64,000 nt of DNA from the NCBI GenBank assembly GCA_965197725.1, contig CBDANQ010000059.1, positions 96,001-160,000 of the forward strand, read 5' to 3'. The DNA is from Longimicrobiales bacterium. GTDB taxonomy: Bacteria; Gemmatimonadota; Gemmatimonadetes; Longimicrobiales; Gaopeijiaceae. Position numbers and translations under genes: made by a program. Under the pieces are notes generated by a model. That model was not told the DNA's origin. It did no database searches and saw nothing but the letters and a program-made list of their open reading frames with translations. Positions within the stretch are counted from its first letter, which is position 1, and every line of letters starts with the position of its first letter. Shown here piece after piece: positions 33,638-43,040 of the stretch.

Positions 33638-34945
33638 ATGCGAAAGCGCATCGTTTTTTCCGTCGCGGCGCTGATCGCCGTTCTTGCGACGCCGGGATGC
33701 AAAGAAAGTCCAACCACACCAAGTCCAACCACACCAAGTCCAACCACACCAAGTACAACCACACCGCCGGAATTCGAGCCCGGGCCGCTGGGTGCGGTCA
33801 CTTTGGAGGCAGGCGAGGCCGTGCGGATCCGCATGCTGCTTTCGGTCACGGTCACGCCGTCGCTGGGGGCCGTGTCCCGGCACGGGGCCGAGTTCGCCGT
33901 CGAGGACATGGGTCCCGTTCACGGGCGTCAGGTCGACCTGGGCGATCCGGTTGACACCAGTTGTTCGCCGGAAGGCGGCCGCGAAGGTGCGCTTGGAATC
34001 ATCGGGGACCCGCAGGTGGCCGGCGTCATCGGAACAATCTGCTCGGCCGCGGCCGTGGCGGCGTCGCCCGTCATCAGCGACGCGGGCTTGGTCATGATTT
34101 CGCCGGGCAACACCTCGCCGCGGCTCACCTCCGACCTGGCCGGCAACGCGAACCCCGACTATCACGCCGGTTACTTTCGCGTGTCGTCCAACGACCTCCA
34201 CCAGGCACGCGCCCTCTCGGACTTCGTCTACAACCAGCTGGAGCTGCGGAGCGTGGCCACCGTTCACGACGGCGACCCCTACACGTCCGCCCTCGTGGCG
34301 GCGTTCGCCGACGCGTTTTCGGCCCTCGGGGGCAAAGTGCCGGCCCGGGCAGAAATCGAGAAGGGTGACACCGACATGACGGAGGTTCTGGAGCAGTTCG
34401 CGGTCGCCGGCCCGGACGCCATCTTCTTCCCGCTGTTCATCACGGAGGGATCCGCCTTTGCCGCGCAGGCCCGGGCCTTACACGGGCTTGAAGGGACGAC
34501 CCTGATTTCAGCGGCCGGGCTGCTGGTCTCCGCGTTCCTGGAAACGCCGCAGTCGGAGGGGATCTACTTCGCGGGGCCGGAATCGGACTTTCGCTCAAAC
34601 GTCAACGAGGTGACAGGACGGAGCGGGGAGCAGGTTCTCGCCGCGTTCGAGGCCAGGCACGGCGGGTTCCCCGAGTCACCCTATTGGGCGCACGCCTACG
34701 ATGCGACCAGCATCCTCCTCTCGGCCATCGAGGCCGTTGCCGTGGAGGACGGTGACAGGCTGCACATAGACCGGGCGGCACTGCGCGAGCAGGTGGGGGC
34801 AACCGCTATGAGCGGCCTGCTCGGGACGCTATCCTGCGACCGGTTCGGCGACTGCGGCACGGGACGGATGAACATCTACCACCACACGGACAGGAGCGTC
34901 ACCGACGTTTCCAAGCTGCCGGTGGTCTACGTATACAGCCCCTGA
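33638..34945 (+). CDS. Branched-chain amino acid ABC transporter substrate-binding lipoprotein (LivJ/K-like)
   Basis: Lipobox LATPGC, VIGTICSAAAVAAS, MISPGNTSPRLT, HAYDATSILL; RBS AAGGAG. Confidence 0.88.
   Translation: MRKRIVFSVAALIAVLATPGCKESPTTPSPTTPSPTTPSTTTPPEFEPGPLGAVTLEAGEAVRIRMLLSVTVTPSLGAVSRHGAEFAVEDMGPVHGRQVDLGDPVDTSCSPEGGREGALGIIGDPQVAGVIGTICSAAAVAASPVISDAGLVMISPGNTSPRLTSDLAGNANPDYHAGYFRVSSNDLHQARALSDFVYNQLELRSVATVHDGDPYTSALVAAFADAFSALGGKVPARAEIEKGDTDMTEVLEQFAVAGPDAIFFPLFITEGSAFAAQARALHGLEGTTLISAAGLLVSAFLETPQSEGIYFAGPESDFRSNVNEVTGRSGEQVLAAFEARHGGFPESPYWAHAYDATSILLSAIEAVAVEDGDRLHIDRAALREQVGATAMSGLLGTLSCDRFGDCGTGRMNIYHHTDRSVTDVSKLPVVYVYSP
33706..33765 (+). repeat. 15-bp tandem repeat x4 encoding a (SPTTP)n linker
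   Basis: AAGTCCAACCACACC x3 plus AAGTACAACCACACC. Confidence 0.95.
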
Positions 34946-35750
34946 GCCGGTAGGCGGGCCGGTTTCCGGTCACCCGGAACTTGAAGTTCTTGTCGGGGCA
35001 GACCTTGGGCAGCGAACTCAGCTTGAGCCGGTAGTTTTCGGGCGCCAGTTCAAGCTCCAGGTGTTCGGGGGTTTTGGGGGGATTCCGCAACCCGAAGCGT
35101 AAAGGGTGATCACAGGGGTGACGGAGGACGTTTTATGGAATACGTAACGTACAGTATATCATAGATTTACAGCTTATATGACGGCGGACTGGGCCGCTAT
35201 TACTGTCACAGTTCAACACGCGGTACGCGAGCCCGATGAGGAATCTGCTCATGTGTCGCCTCATGCTGGAGGCGGGTCTCCGCGTCGGGGAGGTCGTGGC
35301 GCTCAGGCCCAAGCATTTGGACATGACGACCTGCCGTTTGCTAGTCAGGAAAGGCAAGGGTGCGAAGGACCGAGTTCTGTGGATTCGTGACGAGTTGCGG
35401 GACCTAATCGGCGAGTGGCTCGGGAGGCGGCCTGAGTCGCTGTGGCTCTTTCCGACCCGAAAGGGAGGGCAGGTCTCCACCCGCTACATGCGCGAGATGG
35501 TGAAGAGGATGGCTCGGCGGGCGCGTGTCGCGGAGTGGGAGCGTCTCGCCCCGCATAGCCTGCGGCACACGTTCGCGACGGATCTCTCCCGAGAGACAAC
35601 CAACCTTAGGCTCGTCCAGAAGGCCCTCGGTCACGCCGACCTGAGCAGCACGATGGTCTATACGCACGTCCACTACGGGGAGCTGGAAGTGGCTCTGAGG
35701 AGAGCATCGTGAGCGCCCCCGAAAACTCGGTCAGCGGCGGCCATTGATAG

Positions 35751-35827
35751 CGATTTAGCTGCGATGTAGCACCGATTTAGCAGCCGTACTCCTACATAGT
35801 ATACGCGTATATATACGCGCGTATATA
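35751..35827. repeat. Three 11-bp-period iteron-like repeats plus overlapping TATACGCG palindromes (possible origin)
   Basis: CGAT(T/G)TAGC at 35751, 35762, 35773; TATACGCGTATA 35800-35811; TATATACGCGCGTATATA 35810-35827. Confidence 0.55.
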
Positions 35828-36029
35828 GGGCTCTTGGGGGCTCTCGGTCCTCTCGGGACCCGCTCTTGACACCACGGGCCTCCAGAGAGGGTTAGGCTCC
35901 TCCTGAAATCACCAGCCGGTCTTTTGACGCTCGCGCCCGGACGGCGCGGACGGCATGGACGGCAGATTCCAGGAGTCTCGCAGATGCCACTCTGTAGGAC
36001 GAAGATTCTCGAAGGGAGGGCACGCCTAG

Positions 36030-37524
36030 CAGACCGTGGATAAAGTCCGGTCATCGCTGTTGTGTTAAATCAGGAGGACACGAGGGTTTTTGCAGCGAGG
36101 ACGGCGATGGCGGTAGGCAAGCGGCCCGAGGCTCGGCAGGGCGAGATGTTCGTGGTGGCGAGCGAGATTCGGGCCTTGGACAACCCGTTCTACTGGGCCT
36201 TGAACGAGCTTCTGGCGAAAAGCGGGTTTGACGAGTTCGCGGAAGAGGCATGCCGTGAGTGCTACGCGGACAATCGGGGTCGGCCGGGGATTGCTCCCGG
36301 GGTGTATTTCCGAATGATGATGGTGGGCTACCTGGAAGGGATCGGCTCGGAGCGGGGCATTGCCTGGCGGTGTGGGGACTCGTTGTCGTTGCGTGAGTTT
36401 CTGGGATACGGGTGGGCGAAGAACCCGCCGGAGCATTCGACCCTGTCGAAGACGCGCAAGCGCCTGAGCGTGGAAGCGCACGCGGCGGTGTTCGGGCGGG
36501 TGCTGGAGCTGCTGAAGGGGTCGGGGTTGCTGAGCGGCAAGACGCTGGGCGTCGACTCGACGACGCTGGAGGCGAATGCGGCGATGCGCACGATCGTGCG
36601 GCGCGACGACGGGTTGGGCTACGATGAATGGCTGGAGCAGGTGGCCCGGGCGTCGGGGATCGAGACGCCGACGCGCAAGGATCTGACGACGCTGGACCGG
36701 AAGCGTCCGAAGAAGGGCTCGAACAAGGACTGGGTGCATCCGCACGACCCGGAGGCGCGGATCACGAAGATGAAGGACGGCAGGACGCGCCTGGCGCACA
36801 AGTTGGAGCAGGCGGTCGACATGGAGACCGGTGCGCTTGTGGCGGTGACGGTGCAGACGATGGACGGGGGAGATGTGGCGTCGCTGCCCAACACGCTGGA
36901 CGAGGCAGAGCGGCAGCTGGAAGTAGTGCAGGTAGAGCCCGAGGAAGTGGTGGCCGACAAAGGCTACCACTCGAACAAGACCATGACGGGCGTGAAGGAG
37001 CGGGAGCTGCGCAGCTATGTGAGCGAGCCCAACCGCGGGCGCCGGAAATGGAAGAACAACCGGGACGCGCAGACGCCGACCTACGACAACCGCCGCCGGA
37101 TCCGCGGCAACCGGGGGATGCGGCTGCTGCGCCAGCGCGGCGAGAAGGTGGAGCGGGGGTTTGCGCACTTGCTTGTGACCGGAGGGCTGCGTCGCGTCCA
37201 CATACGGGGCCAGGAGGAGATTCGAAAACGGATGTTGATCCACGCGGCGGCCTTCAACCTCGGCCTTCTCATGCGCAAGCGGTTCGGGGTTGGAACCCCC
37301 CGTGCGTTACAGGGCCTCGCTACCGTACAAGCTGCGCTCGCAACTCAGGTTACAACCCGCGTCTCGCGCTTTTTCCGCCGTATTCGGCGCTATTTCGCCT
37401 TCCTTGGGCCGAATATCGCCTCGTCAGACCCCAAAACCCGCTTCTTGCACAACAACACAGCCCCCGCGTGTCTGCCTTCTCTCCCACCCATCATCCGCTG
37501 GGAACCTATTTCTTCCACGGACTG
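36030..37524 (+). mobile_element. IS1182/IS5-like element, copy 1 (transposase 36062-37528)
   Basis: CTAG TSD on both sides; IR CAGACCGTGGA/CAGTCCGTGGA; GRPGIAP..SERGI..PEHSTLS, GVDST, VADKGY, VERGFA. Confidence 0.93.
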
Positions 37525-37635
37525 CTAGGTGCAGCGCTCAGCGACCCGTTCTGCTGCCTCGAAGATAAGGCGCCCCCGGTACGGGGCTGGTTCACTTTCC
37601 TAGCTCGGGATCTTCCGCTCGCCACATTCCAAACA

Positions 37636-39231
37636 CTTATCAGGCCCCCGGAGTCAAGAGCGCGCATGTCCCCCGGCGCGTCGCGGAGCGGCGCGTAATG
37701 AAGTGAGCGTCGGTCGTCGAGTCCTCTGACTTGGTTTCCGTCAACAGGTGCGAGCACTTCCGAGCTCTGCACCAAACACTTATCGAGGTTCAACCGCCGG
37801 GTGCCCTTCGAGGCGAGCTCGAAGGAGCGGCGGAGCAGGAGCCTGCTGTGGGCTCCTACGACCTAGAAATTCATCTGTGCCCTCGTGCCGTCCGACTCCA
37901 TTCAAGGTGAGCAGGCTCGGGCCGTGAGGCGCCGGACCAGTTAGCTCCGGGCTCGGGTGAGGGGCAGAGTCCTGAGTTAGACCGCCTTCGATGTGTGGGG
38001 AGCGGGAGGAGGCGTCCAATCAAGCGAGGCGGCTGTCAGGCATCCGGTGCCCGCTCGAGTTAGAAATCGGGGCTCGCGACCTCCCCTCCCCGTCAGGTGC
38101 GTGTATAGAAGCGTTCGGTGTGGAATGCCTCCCCGTTCTTGAGCATGAAGTAGGTGGCGCGACCGATGCGAGCCGCGAGGATGCTGAGCGCCTTGCCCTT
38201 GCCGTGGCGGCGCGCGAGCCTCTTGAGATGGCCCTGGGCCGCGGACGTTGTCGCGTAGGAAGAGGACGGCAGCCTCGCTGAACGCCCACTTGAGGTGTGC
38301 GTTACCGATCTTGGCTCCTCCGCTGCCGACCCGCTTGCCTGCACTGCGGTGCTCGGGCTTGGCGAGTCGACAGTAGGAGCTGAAGCGCTGCACTGTGCTG
38401 AAGCGAGCGATGTCGTGGATCTCATAGAGCAGCGTGAGCGCCAGGATCCGACCGATGCCGGGGATGGTTCGGAGCCGCTCCAGCGTGTCGGAGTCGTGGA
38501 CACGGGCTTCTTCTTCGACCGTACGCTCGAGTTCTCGGATCACGGGGTCGTAGCGATCGGCCAGGGCGAGGTCCGCCTCAATGGTCCTCTGGATCATGGG
38601 ATCGTCGAACGCCTGGGCCAGTCCCTCTCGGTTCTTCTTGTAGAGGAGCTGACCCGGGGGCCGAGGCAGGTTGTACTGATGAAAGGTGTTGCGGACGTGG
38701 GCGAGGAGCTCGCCGCGCTTGCGCACGAAGTAGAGTCGGCGCCGGAGCACATCGCGCGTGGCTCGCATCTGGGGAGGATAGACGTAGGCCACCGGGAACG
38801 CACCACCACGCAGCAAGACCGCCGTCTTGTGCGAGTCGATGTGGTCGTTCTTGGCCTTGGCCCCGTGGATCGCCTTCATGTAGAGCGCATGGCCGAGCAC
38901 GAAGTGGATCTGCTCACGAGCACATAGATCGGCGAGCCAGTACCAGCAGAAGATGCACTCGCTGCCCACCACGAGGTCCAAACGGTAGGGCTCGAGGGCG
39001 CGAAGCAGTGCCTCGCGCTCACAGCGTAGCCTCTTGTGCAGTCGTATCTTGCCCTGGCCGTCCAGAACGCAGAGGTAGAGCGTGCGAGCGTGAAGGTCGA
39101 TGCCACAGTAGTATCGATGCTGGCCGGTGTAGAAGCGCATGGTTCCCCTCCTGGGTTGGATGGATCGAGCGTCGCGCTCTGATCATTCCGTCCTCTCTGT
39201 GAGAGGTCCAGGAGGGGGCCTGCATGAGTAT
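37636..39231 (-). mobile_element. IS110-family element (recombinase 39140 to 38093 with a +1 frameshift near 38237)
   Basis: DEDD RuvC-like N-terminus YCGIDLHART, AKNDHIDS, TIPGIG, SAGK..IGNAHLKWAFSEAA; imperfect IRs ACACTTATCAGGCCCCC / GGGGGCCTGCATGAGTAT; ends approximate. Confidence 0.9.
37650..38092 (-). ncRNA. Candidate bridge/seek RNA in the IS110 3' non-coding end
   Basis: ~460-nt non-coding stretch with several stem-internal loop-stem modules and segments identical to both element junctions. Confidence 0.65.
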
Positions 39232-39286
39232 CAAGCGATTTGGTGCGCATCTCCACGTGGGCCCCGAAGCCGGACTATCAAAAACA

Positions 39287-39735
39287 TCAGCCAGCCGCTG
39301 CCGACTCGTTGGGGATGTCGAGGCCGGCCTCACGAAGAAGGTTGAAATACGTGGCGAAGAACGTACGGTCCGTATTTGGCCAAACTCGCTCGAAGAACTC
39401 AGGGGAGAAATCCGGCTGCATCTCTAACAATGTGCTCACTGCCGCCCGCGCTTCTTCGAATCTCCCCTGCCCGGACAACGCCGCGGCCAAATTCGCGTAG
39501 GCCCAAAAGCTGGCTCTCGGGTGATGTGACGCTAGCCGAGCACATTCCTCGGCCTGTTGAAACCGCCCCAACACGCTGAGGACCCCAGCTCGAACGGCCT
39601 GGAACACCGGAAGATACGGGTCGTGCGGGCTTAGTTGCTCGGCCAACTCAAACTCAGGTACGGCTGCTTCCGGACGGCCCATGAACGCGAGACACAACGC
39701 AAGGCCGTAGTGCGCGAGCGCAAAGCTGGGCTTGG
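39287..39735 (-). pseudogene. TPR-repeat protein C-terminal fragment (TolB/adenylate cyclase-associated type)
   Basis: GRPEAAVPEFELAEQLSPHDP, GRFEEARAAV..LLEMQPDFS, LREAGL; no 5' part. Confidence 0.65.
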
Positions 39736-40131
39736 GGTCAGCACCGGTCCATTCTGGTCGGCACTATTTGCGGACTGTGTCCTCCTCCTGATCGTCATTA
39801 CTTATCGTTGTCTCCCGAACTGCTCCGGTCCGCATCCCCCCTCGCCCCGATTCGGAGGACGAAGCCGACCACCAAGCGGAAGTACCGCACAGGTTCGCCC
39901 CGGTCTTTCGCAGGCGCGTCGAGCACTGGGCACCGGCGCACGATCCGCCACCCGTGGTGCGGGTGGACGGCCCTTCCTCCACAAGTGGCCGTGTGACCGG
40001 CCTTCGGCGAGCCCTACAGCCGTCTCGATACCCAGACGACGCGACCTACGACACGGATCTCGTCGGCGGGGCGTTCGTAGCTGTCGTACTCGGCGTTGGC
40101 AGACTTGAGCACGACTCTGGGTGGAGCGGGA

Positions 40132-40645
40132 CTACGGCAGTGCGTCAACGTGTGACTGGAGGGCTTCCCGCAGAGCGCCGAGGCGCTCTATAGCCCACGC
40201 TCGGAGGTCCGGCCAGCGGTCACGCTCCTCGACACCAATGTCGTCCTGATAGTAGCTGGCTATCCGGCTCGCCCGACGTGACTCCAGGCGCTCCCATTCT
40301 AGATTCTCGCCGAACTGGTCTTCGATCTCTTCGCGCCGCCCCGTCAAGGCATCAAAGCGCCGAGTTGCTTGGTCCTGATCGTCGGCATCCACATAAAGCT
40401 CGATGCGGAATCTCCTCGGAAGGCAAAAGCCCGCTGAGTAGGACAAGCCAGTCAGCGCGTCGAATAACTCAGCGTCAAGGTGCCGCCACTCGTCCGGATT
40501 CTGGAGGTGGGCAGTGTGCCTTCCGTCACCGGCGGGTCCAGCGTTGGGATGCAGGTACCAAGCGACACCGAGACGCTTCGTTCCTCGGATCGCCCTCAGG
40601 AGTGCGTACTTCACGAAATCTCCCACGTCTCCGACGTAACGAAGG
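40132..40645 (-). pseudogene. Chimeric fragment: conserved hypothetical N-terminus (RYVGDVGDFVKYALLR) fused to a DUF4268-like C-terminus
   Basis: ELYVD..FDAL..REEIEDQFGENLEWERLESRRASRI resembles DUF4268; abrupt change near 40440. Confidence 0.55.
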
Positions 40646-40962
40646 AAGAGCTCGTAGGTGCGGATCTCCAGAGCGCAATTTCCGATGAGCAGCCGACGCC
40701 GTATGGGCGCAACACTCGGCGTGCGGCAATCCAAGGACGGTCGTTTCCGTGATGCTTGGCTTGGAGTTTCTAGTCCCGACGGCGTGCCGGTCTTTGCCGC
40801 GCGCATGTGCCGCAGGTTGGCCACGCAGTAGAATGTGGGAGGTTAGAGTCGCATCTTCAGTTGACGACTTCGCGAACGGGGAAGAGTTTCACGATGGTAC
40901 CGGCCTTCTTCGGACCCGACGGCCGATCTCAATCCCGCGCGGTCTGAGAACAGGAAGTAGAT

Positions 40963-43040
40963 GTGCTGAGTGCTGAAGTGCCCATCCGCGAAGGACAGGT
41001 CCTCACCGGAACCCTGTTCAGTGAGCCCATGCAGGTGGAGACGGTTCGCGCCAACGGTCCCGGCGTTTGGGTGGCAGGCCTTGTGGGCCAGCGTTCAGAG
41101 CGGTTCCGGCGAGTCACACTCACCTCGGCTGACATTGCGAAGCTAAGCATCGCCGACTCTGCTCTATCCTACGATGGCGATGGGCGGCTACTGCGGATCG
41201 GCCTCCAGGCCTATTCGCTGGGCATTGCCTGGGAGTTCGATCCCTATTTCGGACTTTCCATCTCTCGTGTGGACCCGCTGCCGCACCAGCTTGAAGCCGT
41301 CTACGAACACCTTCTGAAGCTGCCCAGCGTGCGTTTCCTGCTTGCGGACGATGCGGGTGCAGGCAAGACCATCATGGCAGGCCTCCTCGTCCGTGAACTG
41401 AAGCTGCGGGGCCTTATTGAACGGGTGCTCGTGGTCTGTCCCGCGAACCTGTCGTTTCAGTGGCAGCGGGAGCTGAAGGAAAAATTCGACGAGAAGTTCG
41501 TCGTGCTGAAGGGCAGCGACATCCGCGATCAGTTCGGGGTCAACCAGTGGATGGAGCAGAAACAGATCATCACGTCGCTCGACCTCGCCAAGCGCACGGA
41601 GATCTTGCCTGGCGTACAGCAGGTACACTGGGATCTGGTGATCGTCGACGAGGCACACCGCATGTCGGCACGTGACGAGAGCCATAAGAGCCAGCGCTAC
41701 AGGCTTGGGGAAATGCTGCGCGACAGCACCGATCACTTGCTGCTGTTGACCGCCACCCCGCACAAGGGCGACCCAGAGAACTTCACGCTGTTCCTGCAGC
41801 TGCTTGACCGGGACGCCTACGCCGATGTGAAGTCGATCCACGAAGCCATGGATCGGAGGCGGGCACCCTTCTACCTGCGACGCACCAAGGAGGCGATGGT
41901 CTATTTTCCGGAGCGCCAAGCTGACGGCGTGTGGACCGCAAGGCCGATATTCACCAAGCGCATCGCTCGTACAGCTGCCTTCGCCATCGATGGTCCGGAG
42001 TTCGAACTCTACCAGAAGATCACCCGGTTCGTGAAACGACAGAGCGCCCGTGCCGCAGCGGACGGCGACAATCCACGGGCCCGGGCGGTCGGTTTCTTGA
42101 TGTCGCTATATCAGCGGCGCCTGGCTTCAAGTACCTACGCCATGCGGCGGTCGCTAGAAAACCGAGCAAGGCGACTGAAGGAGGGTCTCAAGCGCGCTCA
42201 GGAGCTGGTGCGGACGGCGCCGCCGGACCTACCCGACTGGGAAGAGCTCGAGGAGTTCGAGGAAGCCGAGCGTGAGCGCCTGGAGCGAATGCTGGAAGCG
42301 GTCACGCTAGCCGGCAATGCGGACCAGGTACGTGAGGAGGTGGCCGAACTGCTAGAGCTGGCCGAAGAGGCGAAAGCCGTCGAGGGCTCGGCCAAGGAGG
42401 CGAAACTCGGACATCTTCGCGAGATCATGCGGGATGAGGGATTCTTCGACCGCCCGGACCAGCGACTGCTGCTCTTCACCGAGTTCAAGGATACCCTCGA
42501 CCATTTGATGGAGCAGTTGAAGGCGTGGGGCTTCAGCGTGGGCTGCATCCACGGCAGCATGAAGCCTGGCTCACGCGACGAACCGGGGAGCCGGATCTAC
42601 ACGGAACAGCAGTTCCGCGAAGGTGCCATCCAGGTGCTAGTAGCGACCGAGGCGGCCGGTGAAGGCATCAACCTTCAGTGCTGTCACATCCTGTTCAACT
42701 ACGACATCCCATGGAATCCGAATCGGCTCGAACAGCGCATGGGCCGCATCCACCGCTACGGACAACAGCACGACTGCCTGATCTTCAACTTCGTTGCGAC
42801 CAACACGATCGAGGGGCGGGTGCTGCAACGCCTCCTGGACAAACTCCAGGAGATCCGCGATGCCCTCGATGACGATGCAGTGTTCAACGTCGTGGGCGAG
42901 ATCTTGCCCTCCGCTCACCTGGAGCGTGTGCTGCGGGACTATTACGCAGGCAAGCTAGGTGACGCCGACCTCGAGGAGCGGCTACTCGAGGATGTGGATG
43001 AGGGTCATTTCCGAGCCATTTGTCAGACAGCGCTGGATCG
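40963..43040 (+). pseudogene. SNF2-family helicase, C-terminally truncated
   Basis: DPLPHQLEAV, LLADDAGAGKT, VIVDEAHRM, LLTATPHKG, ATEAAGEGINLQ, WNPNRLEQRMGRIHRYGQ; homology ends near 43035. Confidence 0.88.

Larger units (their letters stand above)
32490..35206 (+). mobile_element. Non-autonomous integrative mini-element (P4-type integrase remnant plus solute-binding-protein cargo)
   Basis: CAC direct repeat at 32487-32489 and 35207-35209; arm-type repeat AAAGGGTGATCAC(C/A)GGGGTGA at 32595-32615 and 35101-35121; AT-rich ends. Confidence 0.7.
32426..35712 (+). pseudogene. Small XerC/D-like tyrosine recombinase split by a 2.7-kb insertion (segments 32426-32489 and 35210-35712)
   Basis: N-part MSRSKKLPKVLSQEEQ; C-part FNTRYASPMRNLL..AGLRVGEV..GKGAKDR..HSLRHTFAT..LGHADLSSTMVYTH; joined in frame through a duplicated CAC. 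Confidence 0.8.

Noticed and set aside
33706..33765. Tandem repeat as a CRISPR array
   Set aside because: No spacers, 15-bp in-frame coding repeat, no cas genes; no CRISPR array seen anywhere in the window.
37939..38063. GTTAG/CTAAC motifs as integron attC sites
   Set aside because: They lie within the IS110 non-coding end in one orientation, lack paired R''/R' boxes around cassette ORFs, and no integron integrase is present.
37977..38240. C-terminal extension of the 387-aa IS110 ORF
   Set aside because: Produced by a +1 shift; the family-like end (..HGKGKALSILAARIGRATYFMLK..) is in the frame stopping at 38093.
39750..40130. Hairpin-containing non-coding stretch as a distinct ncRNA or ssDNA promoter
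   Set aside because: Only short stems in GC-rich DNA, not distinguishable from background without folding statistics.
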